64,000 bases of DNA, from the NCBI RefSeq assembly GCF_009914755.1, contig NC_060929.1. One strand, given 5' to 3'. The DNA is from the human T2T-CHM13v2.0 reference genome, Homo sapiens. Shown here one piece after another: positions 47,640 to 64,000 of this stretch (position 1 is its first letter; every line of letters starts with the position of its first letter). The notes under the pieces were generated by a model. It had not been told where the DNA came from. It did no database searches and worked only from the letters and a program-made list of their open reading frames with translations. A program made the translations under genes and the position numbers.

Positions 47640-49130
47640 CTCCCAACTGTATCTCCATCCCTGACATTTTGCCTGGTTTTCAGAATAGTATATCAATCTC
47701 CTTCTTGGAGATTGACATATGGGTATTTAATAGTCTTAGGTTTAATTCCTTCCAGGGAGACTGCAAAATATTGGAGTGCGTAGTTTATTTGGAGAAGAGG
47801 CAGGAAGGCGATTCTAGGAAATCAAAGTTAGGTGATGGAGAAGTGGGATAGCAAAGGAAGAAAAGTTAATACAGTGTGTATTAATAAGCAGGGGCAGATG
47901 GGGCCCAATCTCCCCAGGGACCTTTTGTGGGACCATATATACACATGCCTCAGGACTGTCCCACTGGAGAATGTGGAACCTGGGGTATATGAGCACCAAC
48001 TCTGGACCCTCAATGTTGGAGTGTTGCCACTGGGAATGTTAAAAAATTCTGTAAACGGTCTCAGCAGGCTCCTTTGTACTGCAGAAAGCCCCCAGGTGCC
48101 TGAGATGGGAAACTGACTGAGTCTGCCATAGCCTCAGGTGAACTCTATAGTGGGTGGAGGGAAATGGGGCAGCACTCCAAGCATTTTCCACAAACAGGAC
48201 TATCAAACTCAAAATGCTCAAACAGAACCACCCCACCACTAAACCTACTCCTCCCTTGAACTCCTCAAGCTCAATAAATAAAAACACACATTTCCAATTT
48301 GTTCAGGCCAAAAACCCTTGAATTATCTTTGACTCATCTCTTTTTCTCTCACTCTATGTAAAAATCCGTCATCAAACACAATTAGCTCTGGTTTCAAAAC
48401 ATTGCCAGAATCTGATCACTTCTCGCCATCTCCACTGCCATCACCCGGGTCCAAGTCACTACTGTCTCCTTCCAAGGCTATTGCAGTGGCGTCATAACCA
48501 TTTTCCCTGCTTCTACTCTTGCTCCTACTCTATTCTTCACAGAGCACCCAGAGTGATCCTTTGAAAATGTATGCCATTTCTCTGCTCAAAACCCTTTACT
48601 AGTTTCCCTCTCCATTTGGGATAAAATCCAAACTCTTTTCCATGGTTTTCAAAAGCCCTCTCCTCTCTTTATGGCCTCCTTTTCTATTCTCTTTCTTGCT
48701 TACTCAGTTCCCACAATACTCAACTTCTTCCTGTTCCTTAAACACAATGTGCCTCCTCCTAAGGAGCTTTGCACTTGCTATTTCTTTTTCTTGAAACACT
48801 CTTCCTTTGGAAAAATGCATAATTCACTCATTTTGTTAAGATTTAAATGTCAGTTTAACAGACAGGGATACCTATTCTGACTTTTTAATCTAAAATCACA
48901 CTCGTATTACTATTTCTTTACTCTGCACTAATTTTTTTCATAGAACTAACCATCACGACACACATTTTGAATGTGTTTATGTATTTCATATATTTTGTAC
49001 TATCCTCCCCACAAAAAATTAAATTCTTTCAGAGGAGAGACATGTTGATTCACTGCTGTTTGGCCAACAACTAGAATAGGGCCAGATAGTGGTAATGGTT
49101 CAATATATATTTGCTAAGTGAATTAATTCA
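47640..49130 (+). mobile_element. L2a-like LINE split by LTR33 (parts ~47640-47733 and ~48193-49130)
   Basis: atgggtatttaatag | ...tcaaactcaaaatg...caggccaaaaacccttgaattatctttgactc...; the L2 consensus is continuous across the LTR. Confidence 0.8.
47734..48192 (-). mobile_element. LTR33 (ERVL) solo LTR
   Basis: ttggagtgcgtagtttatttggag...acatgcctcaggactgtcccac...acctggggtatatgagcaccaactc. Confidence 0.7.
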
Positions 49131-49280
49131 CTGTTCTGAGAGCCATATGAGATAAATATTGATACTTATTAAACACTTAAACGTTATGATTGATATTGGC
49201 CTATAAAAAGTGTAAGCAGCCTCTGCTCACCAGAAGTATGAATATCCAAGGTGTAGTGAAATTATCAGAGTTTAGACCTG

Positions 49281-49487
49281 TAAGCTTGTCCAACCCGTGG
49301 CTTGTGGGCTACATGGCCCAGGATGGCTTTGAATGTGGCCCAACACAAATTCATAAACTATCTTAAAACATCATGAGACTTTTTGTTTTGTTTTTGCTCA
49401 TCAGCTATCATATTGGTGTATTTTATATGGGGCCCAAGACAATTCTTCCAATGTGGCCCAGGGAAGCCAAAAGATTGAATACTCCTG
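49281..49487 (-). mobile_element. MER30 (hAT-Charlie)
   Basis: ggcccaggatggctttgaatgtggcccaacacaaattc...aatgtggcccagggaagccaaaagattg. Confidence 0.9.
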
Positions 49488-49519
49488 GGAGGGTATATTA
49501 CTGTATTATGAACAATGAT

Positions 49520-49740
49520 AGTTAGGAAAAGAAAGGAAAGAAAGGTTGAGACTGGACTGTGAAGGAACTTGAATGATACGTTAGGAGTGGGACCTTTGTT
49601 CCATTTAGAAGTGAAAACTTACCAAGTTTCTCTGAACAAGGGAGTGAAATAATAAAAGCAGAATTAATTTCAGAACAATTGATATTTTGATTCTACTTGC
49701 AAGGACTTGAGCAGGAAAGATTAGAGGCAGAGAGACAATG
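49520..49740 (-). mobile_element. L2 fragment
   Basis: gactgtgaaggaacttgaatgatacgttaggagt...gaaagattagaggcagagagac. Confidence 0.55.
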
Positions 49741-50881
49741 TCGTGAACTTTCCCCCACTCGAATCCTCCTTTTTCCCAGTATTCAAGACACTGGCATATG
49801 TACTGGCATATATGTACTATTTGCATCTTTTAAACTTAGTTTGAAGACTACTGTATCATCAAATATTTTTCATACTCAGTTAAGGTGGTTTTTGATCTTA
49901 CTGCGATGTTAAACTACCACACTTTGTTTAGCTGAAAAAAAGGTCTGTCCATGGTTTCTCTGGATTGGAAGTGAACCTACTATAGATATGAAAAGCTCAT
50001 ATTCATTCTTCTTCAGGTTACCTAAAAACTAATAACTAAAGTATTAGAAAAAGATAAGTTTCGGTATGAATATACTATAGGTTATCTGGTGAGACACAGT
50101 TATGAGTCAACGGGAATAAACACGTCAAAGGCATCTGTAGTGCTTAGCAAAGTTTCTTTACATCTCTAATTTGTTTCTTACCCAGGGCAAAATGCAAACT
50201 GCAGTCTTCTTTTCTCTAAAGGAGTATTGTAAAGAAAAAGAGTGGTATATGCTCATGTTCTACTGGACTCTGAACCTCCTGGGGCTGTATAACCCTGGGA
50301 CTGCCCAGCACAGTAGGAGTGAAATAAATGTATGTTAAATGAATCCATCAAACCTCTTAGAAGACAGACTCCAGGGAAATTTCATTATTTTGTTCTAAAT
50401 TATGCTTTCCCTCATGTAATGAATATTTAATTCTGTTTTGTTCCAGAAAGGACTCAAGGCTTCTCTATTTCCTTTAGTAATTAGCTTAAATAAGCCAAGT
50501 CATCCATTTCTCTACCTACCCAATGGACAACAGAAGAAGCTTACGTGTCTCATAGCTTTATCTGTACCTTGATATGTTTGAGAATATTTCATATACATAA
50601 ACCAGCAATGATCATTTGAGGAAATAAACCAGTAAACTTTACAAGCAATTGTAATTTGAGGATATAAACTTTAAACTCTAGAATGTTGGACACATCTTTG
50701 AAAATAATTCCAAATAACTAATTGAATCTATTAGTTTATGTTACAAGCCAATTTGGTTCAAAGTTTTAAAATGAAGAAAAAAATTGTATAAATTGAAGTT
50801 TTAAGCATAGTTTAATGAAATCAGCTAGTCTAAATTCAATATTTTCACTCAGTTCATCAAATTATTTGAAAAGTAAACACG

Positions 50882-56800
<5,919 letters not shown>

Positions 56801-57293
56801 GAAAAGTAAACCCGAGTGTATAGTCCTCCATCTCCTAGGTTCTAAGGATTAAAAGCTCCAAGAAAAGTGTTAGAAAAATACATAGTGAATTAAGAAAAAA
56901 TTATTCCTTATAGTTCCAACGTTGTGTCTTTGCTTATACTATGTTCACCCTTTTAGGTATGTTTGTACAAAATGAAAAAGGAATAAAAACCAACATTTTA
57001 GAGGATAATTCATGCTACTCAAAACAATCACGAGGAAAAGCTGGGCTGAAACTAGTGACAAGCTTTTGCATTGTGCCACATTGCTGTCACATTTTTGCCC
57101 ATATTATTTATGAGATTTCTTCAAAATTTTTATACCAGGTCATTCTTAAGGAATTCTTTGCTCAGGAAAAAGTCCAAGTTAGCATCCTTCAGACCCCTGC
57201 TGTCTCTCCAGCTCCTCTCCACACACATCCATTTATAGGGAAAGGCAAGGGCAGAAAGCAGATTTAGAAGAGAAAAAGGATAGAGGAGCATGA

Positions 57294-57311
57294 GTGTGTG
57301 TGTCCACGTGT

Positions 57312-57342
<31 letters not shown>
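57294..57342. repeat. Interrupted (TG)n microsatellite
   Basis: Read directly. Confidence 0.9.
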
Positions 57343-57679
57343 ATGTGTCCTGCTTTACCACAGTCCAGGGAGCTTACAGGGAAGTCCATGTTCAATATCA
57401 GCACTGCAGGCCTCTCCAGCAGGCCCTTGTTCCTTCCTGGTCTTCACTGCCTAGTGCACGGCAACTAAGCCACAACACCCAAACCTGAGACAAATCATCC
57501 CATCCCAGGGCTAAAAAAGTGACTCTAATGATGTGTCTGCGTAACAATCAATAATTCATTTAAATTGATTGCCTGATACATAAATAATTTCCTTATAACC
57601 TTCTGACTTTTAGCACCACTGATCTAAGAATCACACCTAAAAAAGTGCTGTCAGAATGCAAAAATAGTTTTCTGTTTGA

Positions 57680-58165
57680 ATAATACTTATTTTTTATGAC
57701 CATATGAATGATGAATATTCATGATAGAAATTTGGAAAATTCAGAAAATTAAATTTTTTTAAAAATCATCTATACCGAGAGGCAACTTGTAAATCTGGCT
57801 CATTTTCTTTATTTTTATATGTATATACATATATTTACGCATCTAATTTTAACATTCAATTGAGATTTGATGTACATAATTTTTGGATTCTGCTTTGCAT
57901 TCATGGTTTACTATAAGCCATTTTCTCTATCACTTAATGTCATTTGAAAATATATTTAATGGTTGACAAGATTCTATTGGCTGGGTCTAATATGAAAATT
58001 TATTTAAACATTAGTTCATGTGAAATACATAGAATATACCTAGGTTCTCAATATTATAGGTATTTTTACGGTGAATATCTTTGAATATAAATATTTTAAT
58101 ATCCCAAATTACTTCCACAATCCAAATATCTACAAGCAGAATTACTAAATTAAGAGGTAGGATTT
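57680..58165 (-). mobile_element. Old L1ME-like fragment
   Basis: tagaaatttggaaaattcagaaaa...ggtgaatatctttg...agcagaattactaaatt. Confidence 0.5.
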
Positions 58166-58177
58166 TAAAAATATCAA

Positions 58178-58380
58178 TGTTTATTTTAGATTTAGGGGCT
58201 ACATGTACAGGTTTGTTACATGAGTATATTGCGTGATGCTGAGGTTTGGGGCAGTGCTGATCCCATCACCCAGGTGGTCAGCATTGTACCCAGTAGGTAG
58301 AGTTTCCTCCCTTATTCCCCTTTCCCCTCCTGGCTTTTGGAATCCTCAGTGTCTACTGTTACCATCTTTGTGTCCATGTG
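58178..58380 (-). mobile_element. L1PA16/17-like 3' end fragment
   Basis: tacatgtacaggtttgttacatgagtatattgcgtgatgctgaggtttgggg...gatcccatcacccagg. Confidence 0.8.
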
Positions 58381-59169
58381 TTAAAGGGTAGGAGTAATTT
58401 TGAGGCTTCAAGCTTCTGCTGATTTTTAAGCATTTTTCTGAAATAAAACTTTCAAATTAGTTCATAAATCAATGTAACAGATGACATCTGTCAATATACA
58501 TTATTATATGCATAAATCATATGCATAAATAACATGCATTATTTTATTATGATTTTATAAAAGATTGACACAACATAATTCAAAATAACTTATTTACTAC
58601 AAATAGGACTCACCACATGAAAATTAGAATCTAAAGCAATTAAAAAAACTATTAGGAAATGAAAAAAAATCCCATCATATAAATCCTCAATTTTGGCCAT
58701 ATTTTATGAAAGGGCCAAAAGCAATCAAAAAAAAAAAAAAAAAAAGAGAGAGAAAGAAGTGAGAAAGAAGTAGGAAAAAAAGAAGAAAGACATGTGGCTA
58801 TTATTACAGCAACATGAAGGTGGTCAACCACTTCAAGTTTTTGTGGTCAGTGAGGTCACAAGAGCTACAGGCTGACATTTCAAACAAATTATGCACATTG
58901 AGGTCACATCGCTCTACTTCAGGCAGTTTCTCATAATTGTAGTGTTCTGTTTACAAGAGGTCCTTGACTTAAAAATGTCCTTTTGTGCCCTCTAGTGTTT
59001 AAATTCATCAAAGCTTTTGAGAAGTTCATATCTTGTTTCTGAACTCCAGTTGAACAACATTTCATTCTTAGACCAAGTGTTTATCTGTATCTGAAGGGGG
59101 CCAACATACATCTTGTTCCAAAATCTCTAAAGTTTACTTAATTTTTTTTTTATTTCAAAGGGAGCTAGG

Positions 59170-59394
59170 TAGGGGTTGGAAAACTACCACAGAGCAAATC
59201 CTGCCCACTACTTTTTTTCATTTTGTAAATAAAGTTTATTGGAACATATTATGCTCATTCATTACAGATTGTCTACAGATAACTGCATTTGCTCTGCAAC
59301 AGCAGAGTTGAGTAGTTACTACAGAGTTCTTGTGGCCCCAAAAGGCTAAAATATTTACTATCTGGCTTGTCACAGAAAAAGTTTGCTGACCCTG
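59170..59394 (+). mobile_element. MER58A (hAT-Charlie)
   Basis: taggggttggaaaac...ttttgtaaataaagtttattggaac...aaagtttgctgaccctg; 8-bp TSD gagctagg 59162-59169 / gagctaga 59395-59402. Confidence 0.88.
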
Positions 59395-61084
59395 GAGCTA
59401 GAGCTCTGATAATTAGATTGGATGCCATGACATTTTACAATGCCCTTTAATTCCACTCCCTTTCCATCAACCCCCGGAATACTAGTTAAAACAAAGACCA
59501 TTGTAGGCCAGTCCATTAGCTTTGTGGTCCAGGTACAAACTTTGCAGTTTTAGTGAAACCATTTGTTAATTTTTATTTTTCTAATATTTACTTAGCTTGA
59601 TAATATCAACTCCGTTCTGATGACTTCGATATTAATATGATTATATTGGAGAGAATATAATGAGATCAAATCGCTTTACCCATCAAGACCAGGAACTGAA
59701 GAACTTCTTCCTCCTTTGCTACCTCATCTCTTAGCTAGAACTTAGGTGAGTAGATTAGTATCCTCATTCCTCTTTATTTTTATATAATTAATAATAATAT
59801 TTGCAATTATTTTGAGAAACATATATCTTTTTTTGAATAAAGTAAACATACCGTTTATAATTAATATGGAATTTAGTTTAAGTTCATGCTTGATTTAAAT
59901 CTCACACAATCACCTCTTTTATATACTAATGAAAGCACGGTGCACAATAATAAAGCCGTGGTCCTATGTGGTCAACTTACAGGCTACCTTCTTTCCTCAG
60001 TGCAAATATCACGTCTTTCTAAGTCCCTCTAATATTTTATCCTCTCTTTTGTGTATCTAGAAGCTTTACTGAAACTTCCTACTCCTTATCTGAAATAGTT
60101 GACATATAGTTAATAAGAGCTTTTTTCCAGGAAGTGGATCTATTTTATTGCTTTCTAACTTAACATGTTTCAGAATAGTTACAGCCATTTTTTTTATTCA
60201 AAGGTACATGTCAGCAATAGTCTGGCCAGAAATTTTGCACAATAATAGGAGAAAACAAAAAACTAGGGGCTTAGAAAAGTGAATGAAAACAGTTTTCAGT
60301 TGATTATTTTGTTCCTGAAAAGGCATCTTTTCCTCATGACATGCATTCATGGCCATTGTAGATTACATGCCTGGAGCTGCCCTTCTCAGCCTTTCAACCT
60401 CTCATTACATGCATATTCTTTCCTCTGTTCTTTACAGTCCCCCATTTCCCTGACACAGACCCCGCACTACAATCCTCTTCCTTATACTTGACACAGAAAT
60501 AATTTAAACACAAACCCAAATACAAACACTGCATAGATTTACCATATGGAATCACATATGTAAAATTTCTGAATCAAATAACGCAAACCCACAATGTTAC
60601 TTTCCAAATATATACAACAACAACAACCGAATGGGTGGTGAAACATATTACTTATGAAAGGTGCTCAATGTTAAAAGCAATTAAAATAAAATTCAGAAAA
60701 AAGTGATACCATACCTCTATTCCACAAGCAAAAAAAATTTCCAAACTTACCTGCAAAAGAAAAGAACAATAAATCTCAAATCAGAGGATATTTTATTTTT
60801 TTCTAGTAAATTTGGCAAAATTGTCATCATAAATATAGTTATTTCTTAATTATCACTGTGTATATCACTCTCTGTAAATAATGCTTATTGGTTCTTATAG
60901 ATACCAACAGGGCTGGCAGTGACATTCTCTAAAGGCCAATTCTCATAGTCCATAGGGTCATTTTCCATATGTAATCTGCTTCATAAGAAAGTTTTTAGAA
61001 CAAAAACTTAAACAATTCCCTGGACCCAGGAAATCTGCATTACAAGACATTTTTGGGGGTGCTAAATCCAAACAATGAAAAAAG

Positions 61085-61272
61085 AAAAGGTTTTGGGGTC
61101 AGACTGACCTGGACTGAAATCCTAGTTCTACTGTAGCCTGGTAACTCAAGCCATTTTATGTCTGTTGAGCCTCAGTATTTTCGCCTATAAAATGGGGACA
61201 TTATATTTATGTAATTCAATTATTCTAAGCATTGAAGTCATTTTGTGGCATGCTGTAGACACTCAAAAAATA
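61085..61272 (+). mobile_element. MIR SINE
   Basis: gtcagactgacctggactgaaatcctag...gagcctcagtattttcgcctataaaatgggga. Confidence 0.75.
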
Positions 61273-61539
61273 TTGCCTTCACACCATCCTGTAAGCTTTA
61301 TTTTATGCCAATACTTTGCTGAAACATAAATGCTTAGTGCGGTATCTAAAGCATGGAAGAGCTTTAAGCAATTAATAATGGATAGAAAAGTAACAAGTTT
61401 TACATTTCCATCTTCATAGTGTGACCAAGTTGGTTTACATGAAATATTAATCATCTTCTAGATGCTGGGCAATTTATTTCCCGGTGTAAATTCAAGTGTT
61501 TCACTCAGAGTTCAATCAATTAACTGAGAGTATGGCAGT

Positions 61540-62030
61540 CTTTAGCACGGTCTCTACATCCCATATATTCACATGATGCCCCCTATTATGTCCCCATTCA
61601 CGATCTCACTTATGTCCCCTCACTGCAGCCTCACTAGCCTTCCAGCCATTCCTGGAAAAATCGCAAGCCTGCTCCAGTCTCAGGATATTTGCATTCCCTG
61701 CCCATTTGCCCACGAATCTATCCCCACTCCCCTTCAATCCTTGCCTCAAAGGGCCCTTTCTAACCTGATTTCCCTATTGCAAATTCTAACCATATTCTCA
61801 GCCTCTGTATTGAACTCCCCTGCTATTGCACTATTTGTTCCCTAGCACTGAGAGCCTTCTAAGACGCTACACAATGTATTTATTTACTATGCTTACTGAG
61901 TCTGTCTGTCCCTACCACTCCATATAAGCTACACAGAAATAGGGGTGTCTGTTTTGTTCACTATTGAATACCCAGAACCTGGAACAATGCCTGGTAAATA
62001 GAAGCTATTCAAAAAACATTTGTTTAAGGA
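61540..62030 (+). mobile_element. L2 3' end
   Basis: tctcaggatatttgcattccctg...gttttgttcactattgaatacccagaacctggaacaatgcctgg. Confidence 0.78.
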
Positions 62031-62216
62031 CTCAATAATACACATATGAAAAAACCAAATATAAAAATATAAATTATACATATATAATCCATATGTATAT
62101 TTGTTTATATACATATTTTGCTTATATACCTACATATTTATCACACAAATATTTACATGCTGATTATCCATAGGAATTTTTAATTTTTAATTAAATTTTT
62201 AGCTAGAAGTAAACCA

Positions 62217-62544
62217 TTTTTGTTTTTGTTTTTGTATTTGTTTTGAGATAGGGTCTCCCTCTGTCACCCAAACTGAAGAGCGAGTGGTGCAAACACGGCT
62301 CACTGCAGTCTCAACTTCCTGGACTCAAGCAATCCTCCTGCCTCAGCTTTCCAAGTAGCTGAGACTACAGGCCCATGCCACCACACCTGGCTATTTTTTT
62401 ATTTTTTTAGTTTTTTTTATTTTTTGAGGAGACGGTGTCTTGCCAAGTTACCCAGGCTGGTCATGAACTCCTGGACTCGAGCAATCCTCCCACCTGGGCC
62501 TCCCAAAGTGCTAGGATTATAGGCGTGAGCCACTGCGCCAAGCC
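62217..62544 (-). mobile_element. AluJ
   Basis: gagatagggtctccctctgtcaccc...ggactcaagcaatcctcc...gagccactgcgccaagcc. Confidence 0.92.
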
Positions 62545-62589
62545 CTATTTTATTTTTACTTAACAATTATTATGAGAGAAATTGAGGCA

Positions 62590-62946
62590 ACCATTAGCGA
62601 TACTGGCTCTCTCTTTGTAGCTCTCCACCCTCAGGACACATGTAGATGCACTTAATAACCCTCTTGTAGTTGAATGGAGCCACGTGACTAATTCTGGCCA
62701 ATCAGCAGCCAAGCGTTGATTCGCTGGTGTGAGACTCTCCATCTCTTCCCCTTTCTCCTTCTGCCAGAAGGATCAACAAAGTCCATGATGGTAACTCTGT
62801 CAGTTTCTGTACCAGAGTGAGGAGGCTGTGCAGCAGAGCTCCCTGTCGATGATATGTAGTATGGGAAACAACAATCACTATCATCTTTGTTGTTACAAGA
62901 TTTAGAGGTTGTCAGGGCAATTTAACTCACCCATCAGGATAAATAG
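62590..62946 (+). mobile_element. MLT1I/J-like solo LTR
   Basis: gagccacgtgactaattctggccaat...tgtgagactctcc...cagagtgaggaggctgtgcagcagagc. Confidence 0.6.
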
Positions 62947-63904
62947 AGAAATTATGCACATATAATTTTAAAATTATACTGAAAACCTTATTCAAAAAAC
63001 AGTCTGCAAAACTATACTATATATATTCATTGTGAATGCTCTTTCTCAAGTCATTTTGTTTCTGCTGGTAATTAACTCTATAATTCTAAGTAATATGCTT
63101 ATACTGGGTTTTTTTTTCTTGATTTTCATTTTTTTAGCCATTATCTATTCATTTCTTATCATAATAAACATTTAATTATCTTATACTGATCTCCAGTTCC
63201 CTTTTTTCACCTAGTTACATCACAATTTTTAGTTAAATTAACAATCACTGTTTACATATTTTTACTATATATAAATCTTATTTACTATGTATGTAATATA
63301 TACATATTTGCTTTACGGCTCAACTTCTGTTTTGCTAGTAGTTAATAATTGCTTTGGTTCTTTTCCAAATGGTACTCATATCTGCCACCCCTCTCAGATG
63401 CTCTAGCAAATTGGATAATCTATCAATTTCATTTTCTCTTTTCAGCCTCCTCCTCAACACCTTGTACTCTTGCTTCAATCTGTACTTCTCAGCTAGTTGC
63501 TTTCTAGGCCCGCTAGAAATCTGACATCCTAAGCATTCTTTCTGTTATTTCCCGTGTTGATTATTGGATCTCATGATTTCCTTTTTGATAGCTTCCTGCT
63601 TTTTGTGGGTCACATTTTATAGAAGCTCAAGTGGCAAATGAAGTGAATAGTATTAATATTTTACATTTTTTGGATCTTGCATCACTAAAGATGGCTTTAT
63701 TCTGTCTTTACACTAGTTCATAGTTTGACTTGCTAAAGGAGTCTATGTTGAAATGTAAATTCCTTCAAAATATTGAAGCCATTACTCTATTGTACTCCAG
63801 CATCTATTTTTTTAAGTAATTTATCATTAATCTGATTACTTTCATTTTAGGTAGAGGGTGGGGTAGGAGGCAAGGTTTCAGCATTCATGATGCTGACTCT
63901 TCTG

Positions 63905-64000
63905 GATGTTGAAATGCACTGCCCAGAATCCCCTCAGCATGTGTTTCTCCAGTAGAGGGTATACTGCTCTTGCCCAAGATTATACCCATTTATACAGAGC
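63905..64000 (+). mobile_element. LTR16-like (ERVL) 5' part, cut off by the window end
   Basis: gcactgcccagaatcccctcag...cttgcccaagattataccc. Confidence 0.45.

Overview
This is primate (very probably human) AT-rich genomic DNA, not prokaryotic: there are no operons, rRNA/tRNA genes or CRISPR arrays. The only protein-coding sequence I can support is an 89-nt minus-strand segment (35185->35097) reading MAFVWDPLGATVPGPSTRAKSRLRFSKSY(S). I recognise it from memory as the isoform-specific first exon of PDE4D8, which makes the window an intronic stretch of the minus-strand PDE4D gene containing the PDE4D8 internal promoter. The rest is mostly transposon relics: a ~5.9-kb old L1PA with a nested Alu, a young truncated L1PA, seven Alus, many MIR/L2 pieces, MLT1/LTR33/LTR16 LTRs and MER30/33/58/63 DNA transposons, several nested and with readable target-site duplications (TSDs). 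Repeat subfamilies and boundaries are by-eye calls. Most ORFs in the supplied track are chance or repeat-derived. I found no convincing new multi-gene system. The best leads are the PDE4D8 leader (two uORFs, a GC hairpin, an in-frame open extension), its muscle-type promoter motifs, a compact H-type pseudoknot candidate, a templated ~135-bp insertion, a 70-bp tandem duplication next to a CTCF-like motif, and cryptic exon candidates.
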